A stretch of DNA of 58,206 nt from a virus (taxonomy: Duplodnaviria > Caudoviricetes). Below the pieces are notes generated by a model. It did not search any database. It was not told the origin of the DNA and was given only the letters and a program-made list of their open reading frames with translations. Location: the IMG/VR virus record IMGVR_UViG_3300027668_000020, positions 1 to 58,206 of that record; one strand, 5' to 3'. The translations under genes were made by a program, and so were the position numbers. Below are positions 28,096 through 37,629 of this stretch, one piece after another (the stretch's first letter is position 1; every line of letters begins with the position of its first letter).

Positions 28096-29623
28096 GTATT
28101 TCTTTATAGAGATCGATCATTTTTGTGTGAACGTCTATTCTACTATCTAATAGTGTGTAAACACGTTTCTCTACGTTCGATCCTTGTAACTGTACGATGG
28201 TACATTTCTGGTCTTGTCCTGATCTATGTACACGGGCGTTTGCTTGAGCATAGGTTTCTAGAGAACTAGTCGGCCCCCACCATACCACCGTATTCGCCGC
28301 AGTTAGTGTTACCCCATGCGCTGCTGATTGAGGTTGGATAACTAACACTTTGGGGTCGTCTTGCTCTTGGAACTGTTTAAATATCTTGGTACGGTTGGGT
28401 GCGCTAACGTCCCCACGAATTACCTCTGTAGATATTTTATCTTCTCGTAACTTGTTTGTGAGTATGTCTATCGTATGTTTGAACGGAACGAAAACTAATA
28501 CCTTCTTACTAGACTCATCAATTACTTCTCGTAATACCTTATATCTATGCTTTATATCAAACTCTAAAGCATCCCCTTCGTCGGTATACACGGCACCACT
28601 GGAAATCTGTAGTAACTTGTTCATGTTAACAGCGGCATTGACAGCGGTTATCTGTTCGCCCGCCGCCTGCATAACCATCTTATTCTTTAGTTCGGTGTAG
28701 TACTTCTTTTGCTGACGTGTTAACTCTACCTCACGTTTCACATACACCATTGGGGGTAAGTCTAGGCACTCGTCTTTTGTAAATCTTATAGCAGGTTGCA
28801 GTGCGTTATATACTGTATCTGTAGCTGTATCCTTAGCCACCCACTTAAAATTAGTTACCTTACGCATCACTTGGTCGCGGAAAGAACTAAAGAACTTAGG
28901 CACACTGTGGGGATTAATTAGTTTAGCTAACCCGTACGCGTCTAGGGGACTCTGTGCCGCAGGTGTACCCGTCATCATCCATAGCCATGTGTCTGGTTTA
29001 AGTAACCTGTTTAGGGTCTTCCACCTAGTAGTTTGGGGGTTCTTATAGTGAGTAGCTTCATCCACAATTACTAAGTCGAACCCACCGTTAGCTATGGTAT
29101 CTTCTACAATAGCCAGCCCGTCATAATTTATTACTACATACTCCGCGCCGTTATCTATTATCTTTCTGCGTTTGGCGGCTGACCCGTAGGCCACGTCCAC
29201 TGTCCTGTGCATGGCAAACCTAAATAAATCGTCACGCCACGCGGAATCCATTATAGATAGAGGGCATATGATTAGTACTCGGTTAATCTTCCCCACATTA
29301 AGTAAGTAGTCTGATGCCCATATAGCAGAGGCTGTCTTACCTGTACCTTGTTCGTTAAAACAAAAAGATTTCCTGTGTAGGGTCATAAAAGCCGCAGTAG
29401 TCTTTTGGTGATCGAAGGGAGTGTACTGCCCCGTCCACTCGTACTTACCCTCGATGGGGGAAGGTGCCTTGATGTTAAGGTTTCGGAGTACATGGGTTTC
29501 TTCTATGCCCCAGTTAACTAAGACTTGGTTGTCCGCTAACTCCTTGCTCTTTGGAATTACCGTAGTCACTTGACTAGGGTTGCGAAGACGTAACAATAAC
29601 GCCCTGTTGTCTACTATCTGCAT
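28088..29623 (-). CDS. SNF2-family (SF2) helicase
   Basis: EQGTGKT, DEAT, TGTP and QANARVHRSGQ motifs. Confidence 0.9.
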   Translation of the reverse strand: MQIVDNRALLLRLRNPSQVTTVIPKSKELADNQVLVNWGIEETHVLRNLNIKAPSPIEGKYEWTGQYTPFDHQKTTAAFMTLHRKSFCFNEQGTGKTASAIWASDYLLNVGKINRVLIICPLSIMDSAWRDDLFRFAMHRTVDVAYGSAAKRRKIIDNGAEYVVINYDGLAIVEDTIANGGFDLVIVDEATHYKNPQTTRWKTLNRLLKPDTWLWMMTGTPAAQSPLDAYGLAKLINPHSVPKFFSSFRDQVMRKVTNFKWVAKDTATDTVYNALQPAIRFTKDECLDLPPMVYVKREVELTRQQKKYYTELKNKMVMQAAGEQITAVNAAVNMNKLLQISSGAVYTDEGDALEFDIKHRYKVLREVIDESSKKVLVFVPFKHTIDILTNKLREDKISTEVIRGDVSAPNRTKIFKQFQEQDDPKVLVIQPQSAAHGVTLTAANTVVWWGPTSSLETYAQANARVHRSGQDQKCTIVQLQGSNVEKRVYTLLDSRIDVHTKMIDLYKEILD

Positions 29624-29649
29624 CTTTTTACTCTCTTGTTAACATGTTT

Positions 29650-30010
29650 AGCTAGGGGTATCTACGACCCCGTCGTCCCGGAGGGGACAAGTGTTTATTA
29701 AAAACCCTGCTTCGTTCACCGATAGGGTCAGGTCGGTATCATGGGATAAAGGAAAAACTCCCTGAACTGCCTAAATTTTTACGCGTAAAATACCCACTCG
29801 GAGGACACGTTTATATTTTTAGACGCATCTAGGCAACGTCTCTTCACACCACACACATACCAAATAAGGCATACATATAATACTAAATGATCATTTCCCT
29901 TTAGGGCTAACCCTAAGTAGAATGCCGCCTCCAAACAATTACCCAGAGGCACCCGTGATAATTTTCATGCTCATATTCGTTGTTCTATCTCTATCCGCAG
30001 TGGCGGCTCA
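29650..30010 (-). ncRNA. structured 400-nt intergenic region, candidate ncRNA/leader
   Basis: No ORF >=60 aa; several hairpins and an H-type pseudoknot at 29704-29767. Confidence 0.4.
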
Positions 30011-30023
30011 AGACTTATAACTT

Positions 30024-30305
30024 TTACGCTATCTTACCCTTACTTATCCTACCACCTGCGGTACGGTTTTTCTTTTTGCTTTGTATAGTATAACCGTCTT
30101 TGTTACTACCACCCTTTGCTAGGGCTACGTTATGGGCTAAGTCTCTACCCTCGCGCTTATCGGCTATGCCGTTTTTGTTAGCGTCTTTACTGCTACTATC
30201 TACCTTCCGCCTGAGACGTTGACGTTCCATACGTCTCTCGTGCGCGGGGCTACCTACGGGAGGGTTCTTTTGTTTCTTTCGATCTGCTTTATTCTTGTAC
30301 GGCAT
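30024..30305 (-). CDS. small basic HNH-like protein
   Basis: DLAHNVALAKGGSN...KNR degenerate HNH motif; start MPYKNK is coupled to the upstream stop. Confidence 0.6.
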   Translation of the reverse strand: MPYKNKADRKKQKNPPVGSPAHERRMERQRLRRKVDSSSKDANKNGIADKREGRDLAHNVALAKGGSNKDGYTIQSKKKNRTAGGRISKGKIA

Positions 30306-30976
30306 TAGTTTCTCCCGTTGTACACACATTCTGTCACTATACAGTGACGTTTACACAAACCACTTTGGTTCGCATTCCATACATCTTTCTTATACGCTTG
30401 CTCCATACGACTGTAATCGGCAAGCCACTTAGCCCATAGCTTAGACTCGTCCTTCTTGTAGTACTTGTCCTTTACAAGCTCGTTACATACTACAAACAAC
30501 AATCCGCCCTTCACTGTCTCTAGCTTTGGGTACATCTTAAACAAGCTCATAGCCATTAGTTCTAGCTGCCCTTTGTCTGCGTACCTAGTGTTCTTACTAG
30601 TCTTGTAGTCTATTACCCACGCCAACTTAGCTTCTCTATCAAGGATAACTAAGTCAGCGATACCTCGCCACCACACGTTATCATCTCTAAACCCACACGG
30701 CTCAAGGTTCTCAGTGAGTCCCATCTCCAGCTCACAAATCTTCTCTCCTTTCTTAGCGAGTAGGGCATCTAAAACATCTTTACAGTAACTGTACTTAGCT
30801 GGTAGAGCTGTACCATCCCTAACGTATTCTTCTGCCGCCAAGTGTACAGCGGTGCCGTATAGCATAGCTTCTGTCTCAGGTTCCTTGTAGTCCTTAGCCA
30901 TCTTGAGGTGGTAGAACTTCTTAGGACATTGTTCAAAAGACTTTATCTTCGAGAAAGACCACGGGGCTATGTTCAT
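30305..30976 (-). CDS. PD-(D/E)XK exonuclease (Cas4/RecB-like)
   Basis: WSFS...CP, GTAVH, GIADL, IDYKT, QL motifs and a C-terminal CxxxC..C cluster. Confidence 0.85.
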   Translation of the reverse strand: MNIAPWSFSKIKSFEQCPKKFYHLKMAKDYKEPETEAMLYGTAVHLAAEEYVRDGTALPAKYSYCKDVLDALLAKKGEKICELEMGLTENLEPCGFRDDNVWWRGIADLVILDREAKLAWVIDYKTSKNTRYADKGQLELMAMSLFKMYPKLETVKGGLLFVVCNELVKDKYYKKDESKLWAKWLADYSRMEQAYKKDVWNANQSGLCKRHCIVTECVYNGRN

Positions 30977-31224
30977 TCTTTTTCCCCTAGCATTGTTGCG
31001 GCCACTATTAATTCCTCTATAAGAGAGTGTAGCATGTCGGGGGTTAAGATTATTCTATCCTTGTGAGTTGTGGCCCCGTCTACCTCCACTTGCTCTACAA
31101 GTATAACGTCTCCCCCGTTGCTGTCCTCCCCCACAACTATAGTTAAGTAGCTGCCCTCTGTTTCTAAGGGAGGAGAAGTTGACTTGTCTTCCCTAAACTT
31201 GTTTATGTCCGTAACTTTACTCAT
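30973..31224 (-). CDS. hypothetical protein
   Basis: 83 aa with ATGA overlaps at both ends. Confidence 0.6.
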   Translation of the reverse strand: MSKVTDINKFREDKSTSPPLETEGSYLTIVVGEDSNGGDVILVEQVEVDGATTHKDRIILTPDMLHSLIEELIVAATMLGEKE

Positions 31225-33089
31225 TCACAATCTCCATATGCATTAGCCATACCAGACTCGCAGTCTAGCGGTAGCCCCTCTGCCCAATCAGGGGTCTTAC
31301 GCATACATGCTTCTATATAGGCTTGGGCCTCGTCAGCTTCTACTGTAGGCACGCAACATACTATAGAGTCGTGTACAGTAAGGACTGCCCGATACTTCTT
31401 AGTTATGTCTACCAACTGATCGCCAATAATACACCGCGCAAACGCTTGGCATATGTTCTCTACTACCTTACCACCATATATACGGGTTCGGCCTCTACGG
31501 ACTTTGTAATCGAACTCAATACCTTGTTCGCCCTGCGTCCACTCTAGATCATCATAGCGCATAAATAACCCAGAAGGTAATTTTACATACCCCTGACACG
31601 CATACAGATGCTGCTCACCGCTATCCCAGTCGCCCGTTGATTTGTACTTTATGATCCCGTTAGGGCCAAAGCTACCTGAGTGTTTACGGCGAGACATCTC
31701 CACTAACATGTTCTGACAGCTACGCCATAGTAAACTTATATTGTTGTTAGCTTCCCGATAAATCTTAACTACCCTACGCCCTTCGTGCAGTGGCATGTCT
31801 ACCCCAAACGTCTTTAGCTGATCTACAAACCGTTGTGCCCCCATACCATATCCGCAACCTAGGATGGTAGTCTTACCTACAAACCTTTGTTCCTTAGTTA
31901 CCTTGTCCTCTGACACGTTATAGATAGTAGCCGCCATCTTAATATATACATCTTCCTTGTTGGTAAACGCTAATATCAAGTCATCCTGTCCTGCAAGCCA
32001 CGCCAGTACTCGCGCTTCGATCTGCGAGGAGTCACAATCAATAAGTGTGTACCCTTCGGGAGCAATGATACTCTTCTTTAACTTCTTACCGTGTTGCCCA
32101 CGACTAGGTAGGTTCTGTATGTTGATCTTATCATCGCCACCCCACCTACCTGTATGTGCGGCATAATATCTTATGGGTATGGGCAGCAGACCACGACTAG
32201 CTATACCTATGAAACGCTCAGTGCGGCTCTCTTCTAACGTACTCTTGGTGCCCAGCCTTGTAGTAACGAGTGACTGTACACGAGGGTCTTCGTGGTCTAA
32301 TAGTGCCTTGAACTCCTCATCAGACTTAGCGAACGCAAAGGTCTGCTTACCTGTAGTGAGACTAGTCTTCATGGGCGGCACTACACCTAGCCCCCCAAGC
32401 AATTCGGCAAACTTAGGGTTGCTCATTAGTTCTTTCTTGGTCACACCAGAAGATGCTATAAGGTCTTCTTTAACCTGTCTGGTGTTTGTGAGATGCTTCT
32501 CTAGTAACGGTACGTCTAGTTCTAACATAGGCTCTGTAAACATACGCAGGGTACGGTCTATGATACGTAGCTCCTGCTTGGGGAAACGCTTACCCATTAT
32601 AGAGAACAGCTTGTAGGTTAACTCTACGTCATTAACGCAGTAGTCCCCGTACTTATCTAACTCTTCGGCAGTAAAATCTTCGCGCTTCTTACCTACAGCG
32701 TTTAATACTTCTGTCCCTTTGACACCAACTTTATATCTTTCTGAGAGTACATGTAACGAGCCACCCACCTCCACACCGTGTAGGGCACGAGCGATACATA
32801 GAGTATCAGTGTACAAGCGAGGGTGAACATCAAAAATCCAAGAAAGGATAGCGCCATCAAACAAAGTGTTGTGAGCCAAAAGCACGCTATCAGCCCACTT
32901 GTAAGTATGTAGATAATCTTTGATCTCAGTACGTGTTCCACTAGCCCACTCCGTGTCTCCATTGTTCAGTTTAACACCTACTCCGATCACCTCAAAACGA
33001 GGGTCACGGATGTAGGATTCTGTTGTCATCTTACGCAAAGAGAAGTCTTTGTCATAATACGTTTCAAAGTCTACGGTTATTAAATCCAT
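31221..33089 (-). CDS. polA: DNA polymerase family A (3'-5' exonuclease + polymerase)
   Basis: ExoI DFET, motif A DSSQIEAR, motif B R..GKTTILGCGYG, motif C VHDS. Confidence 0.93.
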   Translation of the reverse strand: MDLITVDFETYYDKDFSLRKMTTESYIRDPRFEVIGVGVKLNNGDTEWASGTRTEIKDYLHTYKWADSVLLAHNTLFDGAILSWIFDVHPRLYTDTLCIARALHGVEVGGSLHVLSERYKVGVKGTEVLNAVGKKREDFTAEELDKYGDYCVNDVELTYKLFSIMGKRFPKQELRIIDRTLRMFTEPMLELDVPLLEKHLTNTRQVKEDLIASSGVTKKELMSNPKFAELLGGLGVVPPMKTSLTTGKQTFAFAKSDEEFKALLDHEDPRVQSLVTTRLGTKSTLEESRTERFIGIASRGLLPIPIRYYAAHTGRWGGDDKINIQNLPSRGQHGKKLKKSIIAPEGYTLIDCDSSQIEARVLAWLAGQDDLILAFTNKEDVYIKMAATIYNVSEDKVTKEQRFVGKTTILGCGYGMGAQRFVDQLKTFGVDMPLHEGRRVVKIYREANNNISLLWRSCQNMLVEMSRRKHSGSFGPNGIIKYKSTGDWDSGEQHLYACQGYVKLPSGLFMRYDDLEWTQGEQGIEFDYKVRRGRTRIYGGKVVENICQAFARCIIGDQLVDITKKYRAVLTVHDSIVCCVPTVEADEAQAYIEACMRKTPDWAEGLPLDCESGMANAYGDCE

Positions 33090-33092
33090 TGC

Positions 33093-33356
33093 CTACACCG
33101 TGCCAACCTTAAACGCTTCGCAAAACGCTTTTACCTCCTCCTTAGATACCCCTGTGTCCTTGGAGGTATATGCTACTGTGTTACTACCCTGCACAGGGTC
33201 AGTAAAGTATTCATATAATCGTCTCAAGTTCTCAGAACTAATTTCTATACCATTCAATACATTCATCGTTTGTTTCCTTTTTGGCTTGTTGAATACGTTG
33301 TCCCAGTTATCCCAGAACGTCTCGGCTGTTGGACGTTGGCGACTACCCTTACCCAT
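33093..33356 (-). CDS. hypothetical protein, possibly two fused small ORFs
   Basis: MGKGSRQRP..F..NWD.VF peptide, then an internal RBS + ATG at 33266. Confidence 0.5.
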   Translation of the reverse strand: MGKGSRQRPTAETFWDNWDNVFNKPKRKQTMNVLNGIEISSENLRRLYEYFTDPVQGSNTVAYTSKDTGVSKEEVKAFCEAFKVGTV

Positions 33357-33675
33357 TTTCAACTTCCTCTATTAACTTGTTTAGGTACCACTGCGCCTTC
33401 TTGAGGTCTTCTAACGGCTTACCCTTACGCTCGTACCTCCAAAGGTATTTCAGACATGCACCTTTACAGTACCCTTGGAATGCTTCGGCAGTCATGCTTG
33501 CTTCTATACCCTCAATACATTCGATGTTGCCATAGGTGTAGTGACTTGGGCTGTTAACATTGTCTTCCATGCTGCCCTTGAGTAAACCCCACGATTCTAG
33601 CCCTGTCTTTTCTATAGCGGGGGCGTCTTCTCGTAATCTATCCCAGTCTTGTGGTGTTGCGTCATTAATGCTCAT
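33349..33675 (-). CDS. DUF3310 family protein (T7 gp1.7-like nucleotide kinase)
   Basis: VNSPSHY..G.IECI...KYLWRY..KG...EDLKKA.WYL. Confidence 0.85.
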   Translation of the reverse strand: MSINDATPQDWDRLREDAPAIEKTGLESWGLLKGSMEDNVNSPSHYTYGNIECIEGIEASMTAEAFQGYCKGACLKYLWRYERKGKPLEDLKKAQWYLNKLIEEVENG

Positions 33676-33982
33676 CGTGCTGTCCTCTGAAGCCTGTTCC
33701 CGATACTAGGGCCACTGTGTCATGCATGTTGACTTCACTTACTACTAGCGCAATACCGCCAGCAGATGCAATGTCGGTTAGGTTTTTGTATTGCAGGGGG
33801 GTAGGTTTGTTCTTCCCTGCCTTACACTCAATGCCAAAGAACTTTCCCTCATGGCACCCTATGATGTCAGGTACTCCACTACGTCCGTATCCGCCTGTCA
33901 TGGGATAGAAGTAGTAAGCACCCATCTGTTTAAGGTAGGTCGTTACTACCTTCTTTACTCTTGCTTCGGGGGTTGAAGCCAT
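33665..33982 (-). CDS. VRR-NUC nuclease / Holliday junction resolvase-like
   Basis: TPE..VK, GVPDI, IECKA and LQ motifs. Start MASTPE has a GGAG RBS; the ORF-track start at 34105 is too long. Confidence 0.85.
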   Translation of the reverse strand: MASTPEARVKKVVTTYLKQMGAYYFYPMTGGYGRSGVPDIIGCHEGKFFGIECKAGKNKPTPLQYKNLTDIASAGGIALVVSEVNMHDTVALVSGTGFRGQHDEH

Positions 33983-34080
33983 TTTCTTTCTCCGTAAACT
34001 ATTATCTCGTAACAGTCGTATACCGTAGCTAGTAAGAAACTTATTATGAACGCGCCTAAGAATATCATTTCCCATTGCAT
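33955..34080 (-). CDS. 41-aa membrane peptide (not in ORF track)
   Basis: AGGAGG RBS; MQWEMIFLGAFIISFLLATVYD... Confidence 0.55.
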   Translation of the reverse strand: MQWEMIFLGAFIISFLLATVYDCYEIIVYGERKWLQPPKQE

Positions 34081-34205
34081 ATCTTCCTCCTAAGCCATAT
34101 AGCATTGAGTTCCTGTCTCTTAGTTTCCTTGGTAGCCTTCTTACCTGTCTTGTTCTTCCAAGCTACGTATTCTGCTTTAGGACATCTCTTCTCTCTCATA
34201 CTCAT
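34065..34205 (-). CDS. 46-aa basic peptide (not in ORF track)
   Basis: AGGAG RBS directly after the palindrome at 34217; MSMREKRCPKAEYVAWK... Confidence 0.55.
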   Translation of the reverse strand: MSMREKRCPKAEYVAWKNKTGKKATKETKRQELNAIWLRRKICNGK

Positions 34206-34209
34206 ACTC

Positions 34210-34503
34210 CTATTCTGTAGGGAATGTCCCTACAACCCAATACACGTTGGCGTCGATTCGCTTACCAACACCCTCTATCCAAGTCATTGGTGGGTCGTAC
34301 TCACATATACTTAATACACTTAGCCGTCCTTGTAACCATTTAGGAACAGCCTCATTAGTAATATAGCCCCCCTCGAAGGGGGAGTCAACACATTCCATAC
34401 CTATACATGTAACATTTAGTTCATTAGTATCAGTATGTACCTCAACGCGATACATAATGTCCTTTGGTGTACTATCGTAGCTAAACGTGTTATGCGTAGA
34501 CAT
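34210..34503 (-). CDS. early hypothetical protein
   Basis: 97 aa; shares a domain with the C-terminus of 34490..35458. Confidence 0.7.
   Translation of the reverse strand: MSTHNTFSYDSTPKDIMYRVEVHTDTNELNVTCIGMECVDSPFEGGYITNEAVPKWLQGRLSVLSICEYDPPMTWIEGVGKRIDANVYWVVGTFPTE
34217..34233. repeat. GTAGGGA-ATG-TCCCTAC palindrome, copy 1
   Basis: Read directly; lies in the last codons of 34210..34503, just before an RBS. Confidence 0.95.
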
Positions 34504-35458
34504 AATATACCGTGTCCATAGCGCGACGACCTACGGTATCAACAAAGTCACCCACATCACAGATAGATAGTACCGACAACTTACCTTCTATTTCTTCGGG
34601 TAGGGTTTCTTGCCCATACGTACGAGTACCATGCACCTTGTCCACCATTCCCGAATACTCTCTAATACTTCGGGCTATTGACGTAACATCAGTAAGGCGT
34701 ATAACGTCATACTTTACCTCCTCTCTACGTACGTAAACACGTACGGCATACAGGTCTATACAGGTAGTTCCTATCGCGTCTTGAATCTTTATAGCTTCCC
34801 TTACCTTGGTTACCTTGTCCTTGACATCATTACTTAGGAACGCGTGGTGAGTATCCACTAGGTGACAAAGCTCCTTCCACACCTCTGTCCGCTGTCCCTC
34901 TCTAATCCCGTCAGTAGTCAACCCCAGTTCATTAAGGTTAACCCTTATAACGGAACGGTTACTGGCTGCCTGTTTGTTGATAGTATAGAGGGTATCTTCA
35001 AAGGTAGCCGCCACCACATCTTCGTGGCTTATAGGTAGAAGGTATCTGTTGGCGTTGCGAGTAGCTGTGGTTATATTCCCCGTCACCTTTAGTCGGCGTT
35101 GCATCCTGTAGTCATCGTACTTGCCATTGGATATTTTGGGGGAGTATACGGCAAACTTTGAGTCTCCCTCACGCCCAACAGAGTAGTCTCCGTAACCTAC
35201 CCAACCCATGCAGAACACATCGGTGGGGTCATACACGTAGAACTTCCTAGCCGCCTCATGTCTACGAATAGTAGTAGCAAACTTACAGCCTCTAAAACCT
35301 ACACTCAGTAGATAGTCTAGTAAAAAAGACTCAAAACCACCTTGGCGGTTTGGGAACAGTGACCAATTAGGATCACGTAGGTCACTGTGGGTAAAAACAA
35401 CAAACTTTTCTTTATCTGTATCTAATTCCTGTACGCAGGGTAGGTCGCTATTCATCAT
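34490..35458 (-). CDS. early hypothetical protein
   Basis: 322 aa; GGAG RBS supplied by the repeat flank. Confidence 0.75.
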   Translation of the reverse strand: MMNSDLPCVQELDTDKEKFVVFTHSDLRDPNWSLFPNRQGGFESFLLDYLLSVGFRGCKFATTIRRHEAARKFYVYDPTDVFCMGWVGYGDYSVGREGDSKFAVYSPKISNGKYDDYRMQRRLKVTGNITTATRNANRYLLPISHEDVVAATFEDTLYTINKQAASNRSVIRVNLNELGLTTDGIREGQRTEVWKELCHLVDTHHAFLSNDVKDKVTKVREAIKIQDAIGTTCIDLYAVRVYVRREEVKYDVIRLTDVTSIARSIREYSGMVDKVHGTRTYGQETLPEEIEGKLSVLSICDVGDFVDTVGRRAMDTVYYVYA

Positions 35459-35462
35459 ATTT

Positions 35463-35489
35463 CTCCGAGTTGGTAGGGAATGTCCCTAC
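35463..35489 (-). repeat. palindrome copy 2 with CTCCGAGTTG flank
   Basis: CTCCGAGTTG GTAGGGA-ATG-TCCCTAC fills almost all of the 33-bp intergenic gap. Confidence 0.95.
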
Positions 35490-35491
35490 AG

Positions 35492-36379
35492 TTACTTTGT
35501 TTTGTACTCTTGGTACGAGTTAGTGAACGTACCCTTATGATTTACCCACGCATTGAACTTGGCGCGGAACTTCTTAGGGTCACTTGTTAGGCTGACGTTA
35601 ATCACCGAATTTATAGCCATACTATGCCAGTACCTGTTACCCATGCTATCTGCTAGTTCACATAGGAACGCGTGTACCATAGTGGTACGTTGCTCGTGTT
35701 GCTCTTCTACTAACATGTCTCTGAACGTGTCCCCACCCATACGACCAGCCTCCATCCTAGCCTCGCGGTTAGACTCCCAGTTCATAGTGCCCTCAAGTAT
35801 GGGGGTCATAGTCCATGCCCAGTGTAGGTATTCATCGATAGCTTTTTTGTACGGTGCCTTGGCTTCTTTGTTAACACGTACACGTGTGACAGGTATAGGG
35901 TGTTCATCACTGGACAGTGTCCAAGGTGCGTAATGTCTGTGCCCCGCTACAGAACTGTTAGTCCTTCCTGCGGTAAACACTACAGGCTTGCGCTCATCCT
36001 TGGGTAGGTAGTAGCGGTTGCTTACTAGATGAAGTATGTACTGCTTGCCGTTGTCTACTATGAACCGCATACCCATAGGCATACACCGCTCAAGGAACGC
36101 GTACCTACCATTGTGCGCGTAGTCACCTGTCTCGTTACGAAACCATACTGTGTCAGTGTTATCGTCATTACGAACCCAGACCACTGCGGCAGTGTGCGAC
36201 TGTTCATGCTCCCCGCGATCTGATAACACGTACTGGTGTGGTGATACCTTGACGATACATTCCCACTTACGTCTGCGATCGCCGAGAGGCACTATGTTAG
36301 TACCCCTGATTGGTTTGGTGTTGTTGTACAAATGTTCCACGTGAGTGAAACTGTCTAGCCCATAATCATACATAGCCAT
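35492..36379 (-). CDS. early hypothetical protein
   Basis: 295 aa; KPIRG...PLG.RR N-terminus; coupled to the upstream stop. Confidence 0.75.
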   Translation of the reverse strand: MAMYDYGLDSFTHVEHLYNNTKPIRGTNIVPLGDRRRKWECIVKVSPHQYVLSDRGEHEQSHTAAVVWVRNDDNTDTVWFRNETGDYAHNGRYAFLERCMPMGMRFIVDNGKQYILHLVSNRYYLPKDERKPVVFTAGRTNSSVAGHRHYAPWTLSSDEHPIPVTRVRVNKEAKAPYKKAIDEYLHWAWTMTPILEGTMNWESNREARMEAGRMGGDTFRDMLVEEQHEQRTTMVHAFLCELADSMGNRYWHSMAINSVINVSLTSDPKKFRAKFNAWVNHKGTFTNSYQEYKTK

Positions 36380-37629
36380 TACAAGTCCCTCGATTTAATA
36401 TGTACACGTTTACCTACAGTGGGGTTAGCGTTCTCGTTGTCCAAGATAGTCCACAGTACAGGGAACTTCCAGTCTCCCCAGCCCCCGTACAGGTACCCGT
36501 CAGTCAGTACGATAGCGGCTTGTGGACTAATACCGTTCTTAGCCATGTACTCAGTAAGGCACGTAACGTCTGTGCCTCCACCTCCACGCGGCTTGGTAGA
36601 CTTGACTAGCTGCGCCATCTCGTTCATCTCATAGGTTTCATCCCCTACCACAGAACTACCCCAGTACAGTACTCGTACCTTGCTGACCTTGACTGTTGCA
36701 AGTATCTCTGCGACTGCGGATAACATCAAAGTAAGCTCCCGTTGCCCTATCGAACCTGATGTATCGGGGGCAAATACTAGCTCATCCACCCGTTCGCTAT
36801 ACCTAGAGGGCATATACACGTCCTGCCCTAGCAACCTGCGGTTGGGTCTAGCCCATGTAGAGTAATCGTTGCCCCTACACGTTGACTGTACAAAGTCACG
36901 TAGTACATCACGCCAGTTGACCTTGGTCTTGAGTAGCTCATCTATGTCACGCGGTACATCGGCACCCATCTTACCAGCCGCCATTGCTCCTTGACGTATA
37001 GCTTCATCGATGTCACGTTCCAAGTCCTTGGCTTCTTCTTCCGATAGCTCCTGTGCCCCCTCCCAGTCGTGTTCGTCGAAGCCTGTTCCCTCGTCAGTAG
37101 GGGATTCCCTACCATCACCGTCACCACCACCACCATCACCATCGTCCTCATCAGCAATCCTTCGCATGTCTTCGTCTAGGTCACGCGCATACTTGAGTAT
37201 GTTGAACACCTGTGCGGTGTCCATGTCCCTATACTTCTCATCGACCAGCGCACCTTCCGGTAGTACCGCAAACCCGTCCGTGTTGGCATCCCGTATCTTT
37301 ATGTTGATCACGTAGTCCATAGCCATGTTAGCCAGAGCAGCGTCTTCTTTCCATAGATGCTCCCATGTTCGTAGGTGGCGGTACAGCTTGTGGTAGTTCT
37401 CATGTAACACCACCCCACGTAATTCGGCATCGGTAAGGCCAGCCACAAACTTACGCCCGTACTTCTCATCCCTCCCGTTAGTACACGCTGTGGGTAAGTT
37501 GTCTTCGATGACCTTATCTCCGATCATTAGTACTGCTGCTAGGGCGGTGTACCTAGGCTCCCCTAGTATCTTAACGACTGCCTTGGTCAGTCGCTGTTCT
37601 TCTGTCAGTCCATCACTGTTTAGTAACAT
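36379..37629 (-). CDS. DUF2201-type metallopeptidase + vWA domain protein
   Basis: TACTNG, HENYH (HExxH), N.AMDYVIN, acidic linker, MIDAS DTSGS, GGGTD and LTDG. AGGAG RBS favours ATG 37629. Confidence 0.88.
   Translation of the reverse strand: MLLNSDGLTEEQRLTKAVVKILGEPRYTALAAVLMIGDKVIEDNLPTACTNGRDEKYGRKFVAGLTDAELRGVVLHENYHKLYRHLRTWEHLWKEDAALANMAMDYVINIKIRDANTDGFAVLPEGALVDEKYRDMDTAQVFNILKYARDLDEDMRRIADEDDGDGGGGDGDGRESPTDEGTGFDEHDWEGAQELSEEEAKDLERDIDEAIRQGAMAAGKMGADVPRDIDELLKTKVNWRDVLRDFVQSTCRGNDYSTWARPNRRLLGQDVYMPSRYSERVDELVFAPDTSGSIGQRELTLMLSAVAEILATVKVSKVRVLYWGSSVVGDETYEMNEMAQLVKSTKPRGGGGTDVTCLTEYMAKNGISPQAAIVLTDGYLYGGWGDWKFPVLWTILDNENANPTVGKRVHIKSRDL
37097..37112. repeat. palindrome copy 3 (16-bp variant), intragenic
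   Basis: GTAGGGGATTCCCTAC; 37097-37116 is the exact reverse complement of 41800-41819. Confidence 0.85.

Noticed and set aside
29624-30023. tRNA genes in the intergenic gaps
   Set aside because: No cloverleaf with a T-loop GTTCRA and acceptor stem was seen by eye; tRNAscan was not run.
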